DNA of 64,000 nucleotides from Flavobacteriales bacterium (GTDB taxonomy: Bacteria; Bacteroidota; Bacteroidia; Flavobacteriales_F; PHOS-HE28), in contig JAEUTA010000011.1 in NCBI GenBank assembly GCA_016788205.1, positions 45,649 to 109,648 on the forward strand, in the 5' to 3' direction. This document shows positions 47,131 through 56,041 of the stretch, piece after piece. How positions within the stretch are numbered: the stretch's first letter is position 1; each line of letters starts with the position of its first letter. The translations under genes and the position numbers were made by a program. The notes beneath the pieces are model-generated. The model ran no database searches. It saw only the letters and a program-made list of their open reading frames with translations, and had not been told where the DNA came from.

Positions 47131-48620
47131 CCTGCTGTTCCCATGCGCCGCTTGGACTTGCTTCGCCTGCGGTCACGGATGAGTTCCACGATATTCTTCA
47201 CGTGTCCGGTACCCATGCGGAACTCACGCAGGTCGAACGGCAGCCGTTGATCCTCCAAGGCCCACTTGATACGGGACAGATAGACGATGACGTACATGGT
47301 GCTGATGAAGAAGGGCACCATCGGGATCTTGAAGCGCACCAGTGCACCGAAATTGGGCGTAGTGACACCCACCGTGAAGGCGAAGAGGATGGAGAACGTG
47401 GTGGTCATCAGCAACAGCGGAACCCCCGCCATACAACGCAGGAAGAACCGAGGCCCGGCACGGAACAAGGCGACAACGGTGATGGCGAGCACCCACAAAT
47501 TCTCCGCACCGCTCATCGCCATCACCACGCTTTTCGACTCCCAGAGATACGGCCGGAACAAGGCCGCGTTCACTGCGATCGGGAATTTGGATACCACCCC
47601 GAACCACGTGCCATCGAACTCTCCGATGTTGAATGAATTGTGACCATAGGCCTTTGCATTGGACAGATCGCTCTGCGTGACCTGGATGGTCTGCAGCGCC
47701 TCGTCCAGCGCGAATTTGTCGAGCATGTTGCCAAGCCTGCTCAGTACCAATACACTAACGCCGACCATGACCACCACGGCGATGGGGAGAAGTACGAAAC
47801 GGAAGAGGAGATTGCGCATACGCACGACCCGGAAATAGAGAAGCCAGAGGACCGAGGCCGGGAAAAGAACCATGAAGATGTAAGGCTTGATGACGATGAG
47901 CAACAGCCCGCTGACCCCGATGATGAGGTAGTTCTTCGAAATGTTGCGCCGCTTGAAGAAGACCTCGTCCACTGCATGCACCCACCAGCAAACAGCACTG
48001 AAGGTGAAGGTATCCTTGAGGATGGCGGACCCCCAGAATATCGCTGAAGGCATGAAGAGGAATGCCGTGGCCAACTTCCGGTAGAGCTGCGGATAATAAC
48101 TCACGAAAGTCCGGTAACACGCCCAAGGCCCGAAGAACGAAAGGCTCGCGATAACGAGCGTTGTGATGAGGTAGCTCTTGAAGGTGAGGAACGTGAAAAT
48201 GCTCACCAATCGGATCACCACGAACGTGCGGTCGTCGAAATACAGGTACTGTAGCGGCTTGCCGGTGCGTAGGCTGTATTTCGTCCAGGCCATCATGGAG
48301 TTATCACCCAGCATCTGGGAGAAGTACTCCATGGGATTCTCCACCGCCATGTTGCGCAAGGCGATCGCAGAGAAGAAATACCCGATAGTGTCACCCCCCG
48401 CGTAGTAGTAGAAGTAGATGAGGCTGAACACCACCCCCCCGAACAACTTGGCCATCAATCCCCAGAGGTAGTACTGATACTCGGGGGCCTTCTTGATCAT
48501 GATGGACTTCTCGCGGGCGAAGTACACGTAGATCATGAACACGAAGAGCGCTGCGAGCACCCATTCCCAATAGGCGATATTGACCTCGCCGTAATAGTAG
48601 ACCTTGATCAGTGGGAACAT
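47127..48620 (-). CDS. Polytopic membrane protein, possible Wzy-like polymerase or GT-C
   Basis: YYAGGDT..Y, PSAIFWGSAILKD, LFRPYLWE, NFGALVRFK; inside the glycan cluster. Confidence 0.55.
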   Translation of the reverse strand: MFPLIKVYYYGEVNIAYWEWVLAALFVFMIYVYFAREKSIMIKKAPEYQYYLWGLMAKLFGGVVFSLIYFYYYAGGDTIGYFFSAIALRNMAVENPMEYFSQMLGDNSMMAWTKYSLRTGKPLQYLYFDDRTFVVIRLVSIFTFLTFKSYLITTLVIASLSFFGPWACYRTFVSYYPQLYRKLATAFLFMPSAIFWGSAILKDTFTFSAVCWWVHAVDEVFFKRRNISKNYLIIGVSGLLLIVIKPYIFMVLFPASVLWLLYFRVVRMRNLLFRFVLLPIAVVVMVGVSVLVLSRLGNMLDKFALDEALQTIQVTQSDLSNAKAYGHNSFNIGEFDGTWFGVVSKFPIAVNAALFRPYLWESKSVVMAMSGAENLWVLAITVVALFRAGPRFFLRCMAGVPLLLMTTTFSILFAFTVGVTTPNFGALVRFKIPMVPFFISTMYVIVYLSRIKWALEDQRLPFDLREFRMGTGHVKNIVELIRDRRRSKSKRRMGTAG

Positions 48621-48623
48621 CGC

Positions 48624-49541
48624 TCAACCTCGGTGACCGAGCCAAACGGTGAGCTGCATGCCCCTCCCCGTCCGTGCCATGTACCATCGCAACAGTGGGT
48701 CAAGCACTGCCGGTGCATATGTCTGGCACACGTAGTGGTAGTGCCGTACCACCCGATATCCACCGCGCTCACCACCAAGGTCGAAGCTCTTGCGATCGAA
48801 CTCGTACAGGTGGTAGGGTGTATGCATCGGGCTGATGTTCGCCACGTAGTCCGAGCCCATGGCGCGGTACACGGTGTTGAAAACGGCGTTCATGAGCCAG
48901 CGCGATGAAGGCACTTCGATGTGGATCACGCCCCCCGGAGCCAACCAGCGGAGGGCCTTCTCGATGCTCGCCTGGGGATCGTATAGATGCTCCAGCACGG
49001 CACCGAACGTGATGAGGTCGAACATGCCTGCGGGGTACTCCAGTTCCTCCACGCCTCCCAAACGAAGGCGGTCCGGACGGATGCCCATCCGTTCGATGGC
49101 CCGCTGATGGAACGGTGCAGAGGGTTCGAACCCGTGAGCTTCGAACCCGGCCCGCTCCATGGCGATCATCGCTTTGCCGAGCCCGGCTCCGATATCCAAG
49201 GCCCGTATGCCGGTATCCCGCTTCAACAAGCTCTTCGCATTCTCGATCTCCCTGGCGAAGTAACCCGCATCCACCTCGAAGTACGATGATCTCCAATACG
49301 CTTCGGGTGGCACCCCGTAGTGGTCCTGAAGATCGAAGGGGATGGGCTGGGGATCGGCGAAGACCAGATCGCAACGCCGGCAGCGGACCACCGTTGTCGT
49401 TACCGCCCTTGAGCGCCAAGGGCGCAACCCTTGAGAACGGTCTGCGCGTTTGCCCATCACGCGGTGTTGGTCCGGGGTGGACCCGCAGAGGTTGCAGGCC
49501 GATACGGGTTTGAAGGTGTAGCGTGATGCCACCGAGGACAT
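48624..49541 (-). CDS. Class I SAM methyltransferase with N-terminal Cys-pair (zinc-binding) domain
   Basis: CNLC...CRRC, LDIGAGLG, VLEHLYDP. Confidence 0.86.
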   Translation of the reverse strand: MSSVASRYTFKPVSACNLCGSTPDQHRVMGKRADRSQGLRPWRSRAVTTTVVRCRRCDLVFADPQPIPFDLQDHYGVPPEAYWRSSYFEVDAGYFAREIENAKSLLKRDTGIRALDIGAGLGKAMIAMERAGFEAHGFEPSAPFHQRAIERMGIRPDRLRLGGVEELEYPAGMFDLITFGAVLEHLYDPQASIEKALRWLAPGGVIHIEVPSSRWLMNAVFNTVYRAMGSDYVANISPMHTPYHLYEFDRKSFDLGGERGGYRVVRHYHYVCQTYAPAVLDPLLRWYMARTGRGMQLTVWLGHRG

Positions 49542-49559
49542 GTTCAGAACTGGTGATGT

Positions 49560-49587
49560 GCCGAGAGGGGCACTCTCGGCGAAGGTA
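49560..49587 (-). promoter_or_regulatory. -7-like element TACCTTCG with an abutting 8-bp inverted repeat
   Basis: GCCGAGAG-N5-CTCTCGGC (49560-49580) immediately downstream of TACCTTCG. Confidence 0.5.
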
Positions 49588-49620
49588 GCTGTAAGAGCGT
49601 CCGTACCTTGGGAGAGACGT

Positions 49621-50082
49621 TCAATGGTGGTATGGGCTGCCTTGTAGGATGGACGCTGCCCGGTAAAGTTGCTCGGCGAAAAGCACGCGCACCAGTTGGT
49701 GCGGGAAGGTCATTGCGGACAAAGCCAGGACCAGATCGGCCCGTTGGCGCACTTCGTCGGTCATACCATATGCACCACCGATCACGAACGCCACCTGTCG
49801 CACACCTTGATCCCGCCAGCTTCCAATGCGTTCCGCGAACTGTGGACTGGTCAGGTGCTTACCTCGCTCGTCCAATACCACTACACGTTCCCCGGGCTTC
49901 AGTGCTGCCAGGATCCGTTCGCTCTCAACCCGTTGCTGGTATGCCGCTTCACCCTTACCTGCCTCCGGCAGAACCAGCTGCTCCACGCCGAACATGCGCG
50001 CCGTGCGGCCCAAGTAATGCTCCAACCCGTCGGTGACCAAGCCCCGTTCGCTTCGTCCAACCAACAACAAACGCATCTTCAT
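49621..50082 (-). CDS. rlmH: 23S rRNA (pseudouridine1915-N3)-methyltransferase
   Basis: LDERGK, FVIGGAYG, LS.MTFPHQLVR, EQLYRA...PYHH. Confidence 0.95.
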   Translation of the reverse strand: MKMRLLLVGRSERGLVTDGLEHYLGRTARMFGVEQLVLPEAGKGEAAYQQRVESERILAALKPGERVVVLDERGKHLTSPQFAERIGSWRDQGVRQVAFVIGGAYGMTDEVRQRADLVLALSAMTFPHQLVRVLFAEQLYRAASILQGSPYHH

Positions 50083-50156
50083 CCGCGTAACTGTGTTCGT
50101 AAGTCCGTGGGCTTCAACATGTCAAGTTGGCCCGGTATTTGCAAATTTCGCCACAA

Positions 50157-50567
50157 ATGAAGCGTTCGATGAACAGGTTCGTACTTCTCTTCACCACCGT
50201 GCTGCTGGCTTTGGGCCTGCATGCTCAGGACGATGTGAAGGAAAAGGTGGTACAAGCCATGCGCACCGGGAATTCCAAGGATCTGGCCGGCCACTTCATC
50301 CCCAACATCGATCTCACCATCAAGGAGACAGCCGACGTGTATAGCAAGGCACAGGCCGAGCAGATCGTCCGCAAGTTCTTCAACGACAACCCCCCGGTGG
50401 ACCTGGTGATCGAGCACAGCGGCGTAAGCAAGCTCGGCGACAAGTACTTCATCGGCATCCTGCGCACCACCACGGGTTATTTCCGCGTGACCTTCTTCTT
50501 GAAGAAGACGGACACGGTGTTCCAGGTGAAGCAGTTGCGCATCGAGAACAGCAAGAACGACTTCTGA
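50157..50567 (+). CDS. DUF4783-like exported protein
   Basis: Signal peptide, GN..LA..F, YSKAQAE.I...FF; typical nadC neighbour in Bacteroidota. Confidence 0.75.
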   Translation: MKRSMNRFVLLFTTVLLALGLHAQDDVKEKVVQAMRTGNSKDLAGHFIPNIDLTIKETADVYSKAQAEQIVRKFFNDNPPVDLVIEHSGVSKLGDKYFIGILRTTTGYFRVTFFLKKTDTVFQVKQLRIENSKNDF

Positions 50568-50569
50568 CC

Positions 50570-51412
50570 GTGCTTCCACCGGGCACCGAAGAACTGATAG
50601 CGCTCGCCTTCCGCGAGGACATCGGCGACGGCGATCATACCTCCTTGAGCACGATACCGGCCGATGCACGCGGTGCAGCGCGCCTGCTGGTGAAGGAGGA
50701 TGGTGTGCTCGCTGGCGTGGAGCTCGCACAAGCGGTGGCCGCCCACTTCGACAAGGCGCTTTCCTTCCGGATCTACCTCGAAGATGGAGCACAGGTGAAG
50801 AAGGGCGACATCGCGTTCAACCTGATGGGACCGGTACGCAGTATCCTGATGGTGGAGCGTGTGCTGCTGAATTTCATGCAGCGGATGAGCGGCATCGCCA
50901 CGCAGACGCGCCGCTATGTGGATGCGGTCGAAGGCACCGGCTGCCGCGTGCTCGATACACGCAAGACCACCCCGGGCCACAGGGGCATCGAAAAGTGGGC
51001 CGTGCGGCTGGGAGGGGGCCAGAACCATCGCCACGGCCTGTACGACATGATCATGATCAAGGATAATCACCACGATTTCGCGGGGGGTATCGCCAAAGCG
51101 ATCGAAGCTGCTCGTTCTTATCTCGTACAACATGGCAAACAGCTCGCCATCGAAGTGGAGACAAGGAATCTGGACGAAGTGAACGAAGTGTTGCGGGTGG
51201 GCGGTGTGCAGCGCATCATGCTGGACAATTTCACCCCCGAACGCATGCGCGAAGCGGTGCGTATCATCGATCGACGGTTCGAGACAGAAGCCTCCGGCGG
51301 GATAACGCTGGCCACCATCCGTAGCTTCGCTGAAACAGGCGTCGACTTCGTCTCGGTAGGTGCTCTTACCCACTCTGTACCCAGCTTGGACCTGAGCCTG
51401 AAAGCCCTGTAG
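50570..51412 (+). CDS. nadC: Quinolinate phosphoribosyltransferase
   Basis: EDIGDGDHT, DTRKTTPG, NHRHGLYD..MIKDNH, MLDNF, EASGG. GTG start. Confidence 0.95.
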   Translation: MLPPGTEELIALAFREDIGDGDHTSLSTIPADARGAARLLVKEDGVLAGVELAQAVAAHFDKALSFRIYLEDGAQVKKGDIAFNLMGPVRSILMVERVLLNFMQRMSGIATQTRRYVDAVEGTGCRVLDTRKTTPGHRGIEKWAVRLGGGQNHRHGLYDMIMIKDNHHDFAGGIAKAIEAARSYLVQHGKQLAIEVETRNLDEVNEVLRVGGVQRIMLDNFTPERMREAVRIIDRRFETEASGGITLATIRSFAETGVDFVSVGALTHSVPSLDLSLKAL

Positions 51413-51416
51413 CACG

Positions 51417-52376
51417 ATGGTGCAACGGCTGAAACAGAAGCTCCTCTATTCCCGCTCCAACCGACGGTTGATCAAGTGGGCCCGGCGGATCATCCTTCCC
51501 GGCTTCGAAGGTTTCAGCCTGTACGAGATCAGCCGCTTCTTCTTCCGGGCCATCTTCACCGGAAACCTGGTCATGCGGGCTTCGGCCATCTCCTTCAAGC
51601 TCTTCCTGGCCTTCTTTCCTGCGGTGATCGTGCTGCTGACGATGATCCCTTACATCCCCATCGCCGACTTCCAGACGAAACTGCTCACCACGTTCCACGA
51701 CATGCTGCCGGGAGAGGTGTATGAATTCATCGAGTCAACGTTGCACGACCTGCTGATCAAGAAGCACGGGACCCTGCTCTCGGTAAGCTTCCTCGTGGGC
51801 GTCTTCATGGCCAGCAACAGCATCGATGCGATCCTGGCGGGTTTCAGCGACAGCACCAACCACACCACCTGGCATACGCCCTTGAAACAACGCCTTCTCA
51901 GCATCGGCCTGTTGGTGGCGCTCACCATCCTCACCATGATCGCCATCCCGCTGCTGACGTTCAGCGGTACGGTGATCTACCAATTGGACGACCTCGGTTT
52001 CTTCACCAGCTACTTCCAGGTGGCGGCGCTGTTCGCCGCGAAGTGGGTGGTGTCCATCTTCGTGGTGGTCATGTTCGTGTCCCTGCTCTATAATGCAGGA
52101 GATCCCACGGCTCGGCGCTTCCGCTTGTTCACACCAGGAGCCATCCTCGCGATGTTACTGATCCTGCTGGTGTCCCAGGTGCTGGCCTTCTTCTTCTCCT
52201 ACATCACGGATTACAACGCCCTGTACGGCTCCATCGGGGCCATCCTCGCCGTGCAGCTGTGGCTCTATTTCAACATGATCGTGCTGCTGGTGGGCTACGA
52301 GTTGAACACCAGTATCGTGAAGGCCCGGATCATCCGCAGCGAACACCTCGCGCCACCGCCCGCCCCTGCCGTTTGA
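51417..52376 (+). CDS. YihY/BrkB family membrane protein
   Basis: ASAISF..FLAFFP, YNALYGSIG, WLY...GYELN. Confidence 0.88.
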   Translation: MVQRLKQKLLYSRSNRRLIKWARRIILPGFEGFSLYEISRFFFRAIFTGNLVMRASAISFKLFLAFFPAVIVLLTMIPYIPIADFQTKLLTTFHDMLPGEVYEFIESTLHDLLIKKHGTLLSVSFLVGVFMASNSIDAILAGFSDSTNHTTWHTPLKQRLLSIGLLVALTILTMIAIPLLTFSGTVIYQLDDLGFFTSYFQVAALFAAKWVVSIFVVVMFVSLLYNAGDPTARRFRLFTPGAILAMLLILLVSQVLAFFFSYITDYNALYGSIGAILAVQLWLYFNMIVLLVGYELNTSIVKARIIRSEHLAPPPAPAV

Positions 52377-52399
52377 TCGGATAACTTGGAGCCGCGAAC

Positions 52400-55300
52400 A
52401 TGCGGACACTCCTATTCCTTCTCGGCCTGGCTCTCACCCTCGGTGGCAGCGCCCAGCCTTTCGACGACAAACATCCGCCGAACACCTACCGCAATGCGGA
52501 CAACCCGCACTACTGGAAGAACCGGCCGCCGAAACCCGGCTACTGGCAGCAGGATGTGCACTATGTGATCAAGGCACGCATGGACGATGCCACCGATCAA
52601 CTGACCGGTGAAGAAGCACTGACCTACGTGAACAATTCACCGGACACGCTCCGGTTCGTGTTCTTCCACCTCTACCAGGAAGCCTTCGTGGGTGGCTCCT
52701 ACCTGGACATCATGGAAGGCGGCCTGCGACGCACGAAGCAAGGCGAGCTGGACTACGCTGGAACTCGGATCAATTCGATCACTGCTGATGGGGATGAGTT
52801 GAAGAAGGAACAGGACAATACCGTTCTCAAAGTGTGGTTGCCCAAACCACTCGTACCCGGGGAACGCACGACCTTCCGCATCAATTTCACCACCCACTGG
52901 ACACAGGATGTGTACCGGCGGATGAAGCTGTTCAATAGCTGGGGATCCAAGCACTTTGATGGCGTGCATTGGTACCCCCGCATCGCCGTGTATGATGCAC
53001 GTTTCGGCTGGGACACCCAACAACACCTCGGCAGCGAGTTCTATGGCGACTTCGGTGCATTCGACGTGGATCTGGACTTCCCACATCACTATGTGCTCGA
53101 CGCCACGGGCTGGTTGCAGAACGAAAAGGAGGTGATGCCCGCGGAGCTGAGAGCGAAACTGGACATCCGCAACTTCAAGGACAAGCCGTGGAACGAGAAG
53201 CCATCGGTCATCACCGCTCCGGAGCCCGGAAAACGCAAGGTGTGGAAGTTCCATGCGGAGAACGTACACGACTTCGCTTTCACCGCAGACCCGAATTACC
53301 GGATCGGCGAAGCGGAATGGAACGGCATCAAGTGCGTGGCGCTCGTTCAGGAACCGCATGCACGCGGCTGGCAGAACGCTGCGGACTACACGGCGAAGGT
53401 GATCGCATGCTACAGCCGCGACTTCGGCATGTACGCCTATCCCAAAATGATCGTGGCCGATGCACGCGATGGCATGGAATACCCTATGCTCACGCTGGAT
53501 GGCGGACGCGATCCGGACTATCGCGGACTGCTTGCGCATGAAGTAGGGCACAACTGGTTCTTCGGCATGGTGGGCAACAACGAAACCTACCGCGCCTTCC
53601 TGGATGAAGGCTTCACGCAGTTCCTTACTTCATGGGCGCTTGAGAGCATCGATGGTGATACGATGGTGAACGACACGCCAGCCACCGCCTATGCACGCCG
53701 ATTCACGCTACCACAACGTCCGCGCGAGGAGGAGATCTACTACAGCTACCAGCGTGATGCGGTACGCGATCAACTTCCACCGATCAATACGCACAGTGAC
53801 GAGTTCTCGCGCTACGAAAAAGGGGGACGTGGATATGGCCACGTATACTTCAAGACCGCCGCCATGCTGTACAACCTGCAGTATGTACTGGGCGACTCGC
53901 TCTTCCTGGCCGCCATGCAGCACTACTTCCGGCAGTGGCACATGTGTCATCCGTATCCGGAAGATCTCCGCGAGAGCATCATCTCCTTCACACACGTGGA
54001 CCTGAACTGGTTCTTCGACCAGTGGATCGATACGGACAAGCGCATCGACTACGCGATCACGAAAGTGAGTGGTCAGCACCGGGATAGTTCACAGGTCATC
54101 CACCTCCGCCGCAAGGGCGATCTGCAGATGCCCATCGATCTGCGCGTATTGGCGCGCGACGGCAGTATCCACGATTTCCACATCCCGAACACGTGGTTCG
54201 AGAAACGCACGGATGCCACCGTACTTCCACGTTGGATCGGGTACGATGAACTGCAGCGCGACTACATCGCCAAGGTGAACGTGCCATCCGGCATCGACCA
54301 GGTCATCATCGACCCCACGGACCGCCTGGCCGATTCGTACAAGCTGAACGATCAGCTGAGGCCGCCAGTGGACATCCAGTTCGACCACCACATCTACAAC
54401 CGACCGGACCGGCACCACTATCAAGGCTTTGTGCGGCCTGATCTCTGGTGGAACGGATATGACGGCGTGAAGGCCGGCGTGCATTTCAACGGTGCCTACA
54501 TGAAGTATAAGCACCAGCTTCACTTCAGCGCATGGCTCAACACCGGCATGGGACAGTCATTGCCACCCGGCAATCCATCCGCCATGTTGGATTCCATTCC
54601 CGGGAACACGGACACGGCCTATGACCCCTTCTCGTTCAACTTCCGGTATGAGAACGGCACGGAGAAGATCCTGAAAGGTTCATCCGTCTTCGTACACGCG
54701 CGCATGCTGGATGGGCTGGAGCGCTACGGCGGCGGTTTCCGCTGGATGTTCCCCAACGGAAAGACCGAAGCCAAAGCCGAACTGCTCTACTTCCTGCGGC
54801 GAGACAGCACGGACCTGACCTACCTGCTGTATCCCGGTCAGTGGGAGCTGGATCGACTGAACGGCGTGCTCGATATCAGTCTGCGACATCGTTACAACTA
54901 CACACATGGCAACGGCGACATCAAGGCGGAGCTGCGCAACAGTGCTGTTGGATCCGCCTCCAACTACGCGCAACTGCGGCTCACCGCAGTGAACAGCAAC
55001 AAGCTTGGCGGACTCGAGGTGCGTACGCGTGCTTTCGGTCAATTCGGCACGGGCAGCACCCCGCGTGAAAGCGCGCTCTACCTCGCCAGCGCTTCACCGG
55101 AGGAGATGATGGAGAACAAGTACGTCCGCAGCATCGGTTTCGTGCCCTATGACTGGCTTGGTTACGGAGCGAACGTGAACAGCTTCCAGCAAGGTGGCGG
55201 GCTTGGCCTGCGTGGCTACGCCGGCTATCTGGCACCCGAGCGCGATGAGAACGGCAACTTCGTATTCACCTATTCCGGCAACACGGGTATCAGCGCCTCG

Positions 55301-55624
55301 GCAGAGATCGACCTCGATGGTCTTGTTCGCTTACGCCCGGGTAAGCTTGAACGGTACATCCACCTGGACATGTACGTCTTCGGTGACGTAGGAATGATGG
55401 GGTACCGCATAGCGAAGACCGACGGTGAAGAACTCCATCTCGCCGAACCGCGAGCGGACGCGGGTGTCGGTGCCGCGCTAACGATCAAGAAGTGGGGACC
55501 GCTGGTGGACATCAACCCGCTCACGATCCGGTTCGACATGCCGTTGCTGCTCTCCGCACTACCCGCTACCGAGACCGACAACCTTGCCTTCCGCTACGTA
55601 CTGGCCATCGGCCGAAGCTTCTGA
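52400..55624 (+). CDS. M1 family aminopeptidase with C-terminal Omp85-like beta-barrel
   Basis: Signal peptide, YWQQ, GMEYP, HEVGH-x18-E, YFKT; C-terminal LRGY, FGDVG, DAGVG, IRFD, terminal Phe. Confidence 0.85.
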   Translation: MRTLLFLLGLALTLGGSAQPFDDKHPPNTYRNADNPHYWKNRPPKPGYWQQDVHYVIKARMDDATDQLTGEEALTYVNNSPDTLRFVFFHLYQEAFVGGSYLDIMEGGLRRTKQGELDYAGTRINSITADGDELKKEQDNTVLKVWLPKPLVPGERTTFRINFTTHWTQDVYRRMKLFNSWGSKHFDGVHWYPRIAVYDARFGWDTQQHLGSEFYGDFGAFDVDLDFPHHYVLDATGWLQNEKEVMPAELRAKLDIRNFKDKPWNEKPSVITAPEPGKRKVWKFHAENVHDFAFTADPNYRIGEAEWNGIKCVALVQEPHARGWQNAADYTAKVIACYSRDFGMYAYPKMIVADARDGMEYPMLTLDGGRDPDYRGLLAHEVGHNWFFGMVGNNETYRAFLDEGFTQFLTSWALESIDGDTMVNDTPATAYARRFTLPQRPREEEIYYSYQRDAVRDQLPPINTHSDEFSRYEKGGRGYGHVYFKTAAMLYNLQYVLGDSLFLAAMQHYFRQWHMCHPYPEDLRESIISFTHVDLNWFFDQWIDTDKRIDYAITKVSGQHRDSSQVIHLRRKGDLQMPIDLRVLARDGSIHDFHIPNTWFEKRTDATVLPRWIGYDELQRDYIAKVNVPSGIDQVIIDPTDRLADSYKLNDQLRPPVDIQFDHHIYNRPDRHHYQGFVRPDLWWNGYDGVKAGVHFNGAYMKYKHQLHFSAWLNTGMGQSLPPGNPSAMLDSIPGNTDTAYDPFSFNFRYENGTEKILKGSSVFVHARMLDGLERYGGGFRWMFPNGKTEAKAELLYFLRRDSTDLTYLLYPGQWELDRLNGVLDISLRHRYNYTHGNGDIKAELRNSAVGSASNYAQLRLTAVNSNKLGGLEVRTRAFGQFGTGSTPRESALYLASASPEEMMENKYVRSIGFVPYDWLGYGANVNSFQQGGGLGLRGYAGYLAPERDENGNFVFTYSGNTGISASAEIDLDGLVRLRPGKLERYIHLDMYVFGDVGMMGYRIAKTDGEELHLAEPRADAGVGAALTIKKWGPLVDINPLTIRFDMPLLLSALPATETDNLAFRYVLAIGRSF

Positions 55625-55627
55625 CCC

Positions 55628-56041
55628 ATGCGCTATATCACCCTCGCAGCCTTCCTTGCATCTTCCACGATCCACGCGCAGGATATCACCGGTCGCTGGG
55701 TAACCGTCGATGACAATACCGGCAAGCAACGTTCCGTGGTGGAGATCACCGTGAAGAACGGAAAGGCCAGCGGGCGCATCGTGGAGATCTTCGATAAAAG
55801 CAAGGCGGACAAGACCTGCGAAGCTTGTACGGACGATAGAAAGGCGAAGAAGATCCTTGGCATGGACATCATCCGCGATATGGTCCAGGACGATGACACG
55901 TGGGAGGACGGCACCATCATGGATCCCGACAATGGCAAGATCTACGATTGCAAGCTTTGGGTCGAGGATGGAGAGCTCCAGGTCCGCGGCTATGTAGCGT
56001 TCTTCTTCAGAACGCAGACATGGGTCCGCGAAGTGAAGTGA
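55628..56041 (+). CDS. DUF2147 domain protein
   Basis: GRWVTVDD, C..C, GTIMDPDNGKIYDC, VRGY...RTQTW. Confidence 0.88.
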   Translation: MRYITLAAFLASSTIHAQDITGRWVTVDDNTGKQRSVVEITVKNGKASGRIVEIFDKSKADKTCEACTDDRKAKKILGMDIIRDMVQDDDTWEDGTIMDPDNGKIYDCKLWVEDGELQVRGYVAFFFRTQTWVREVK

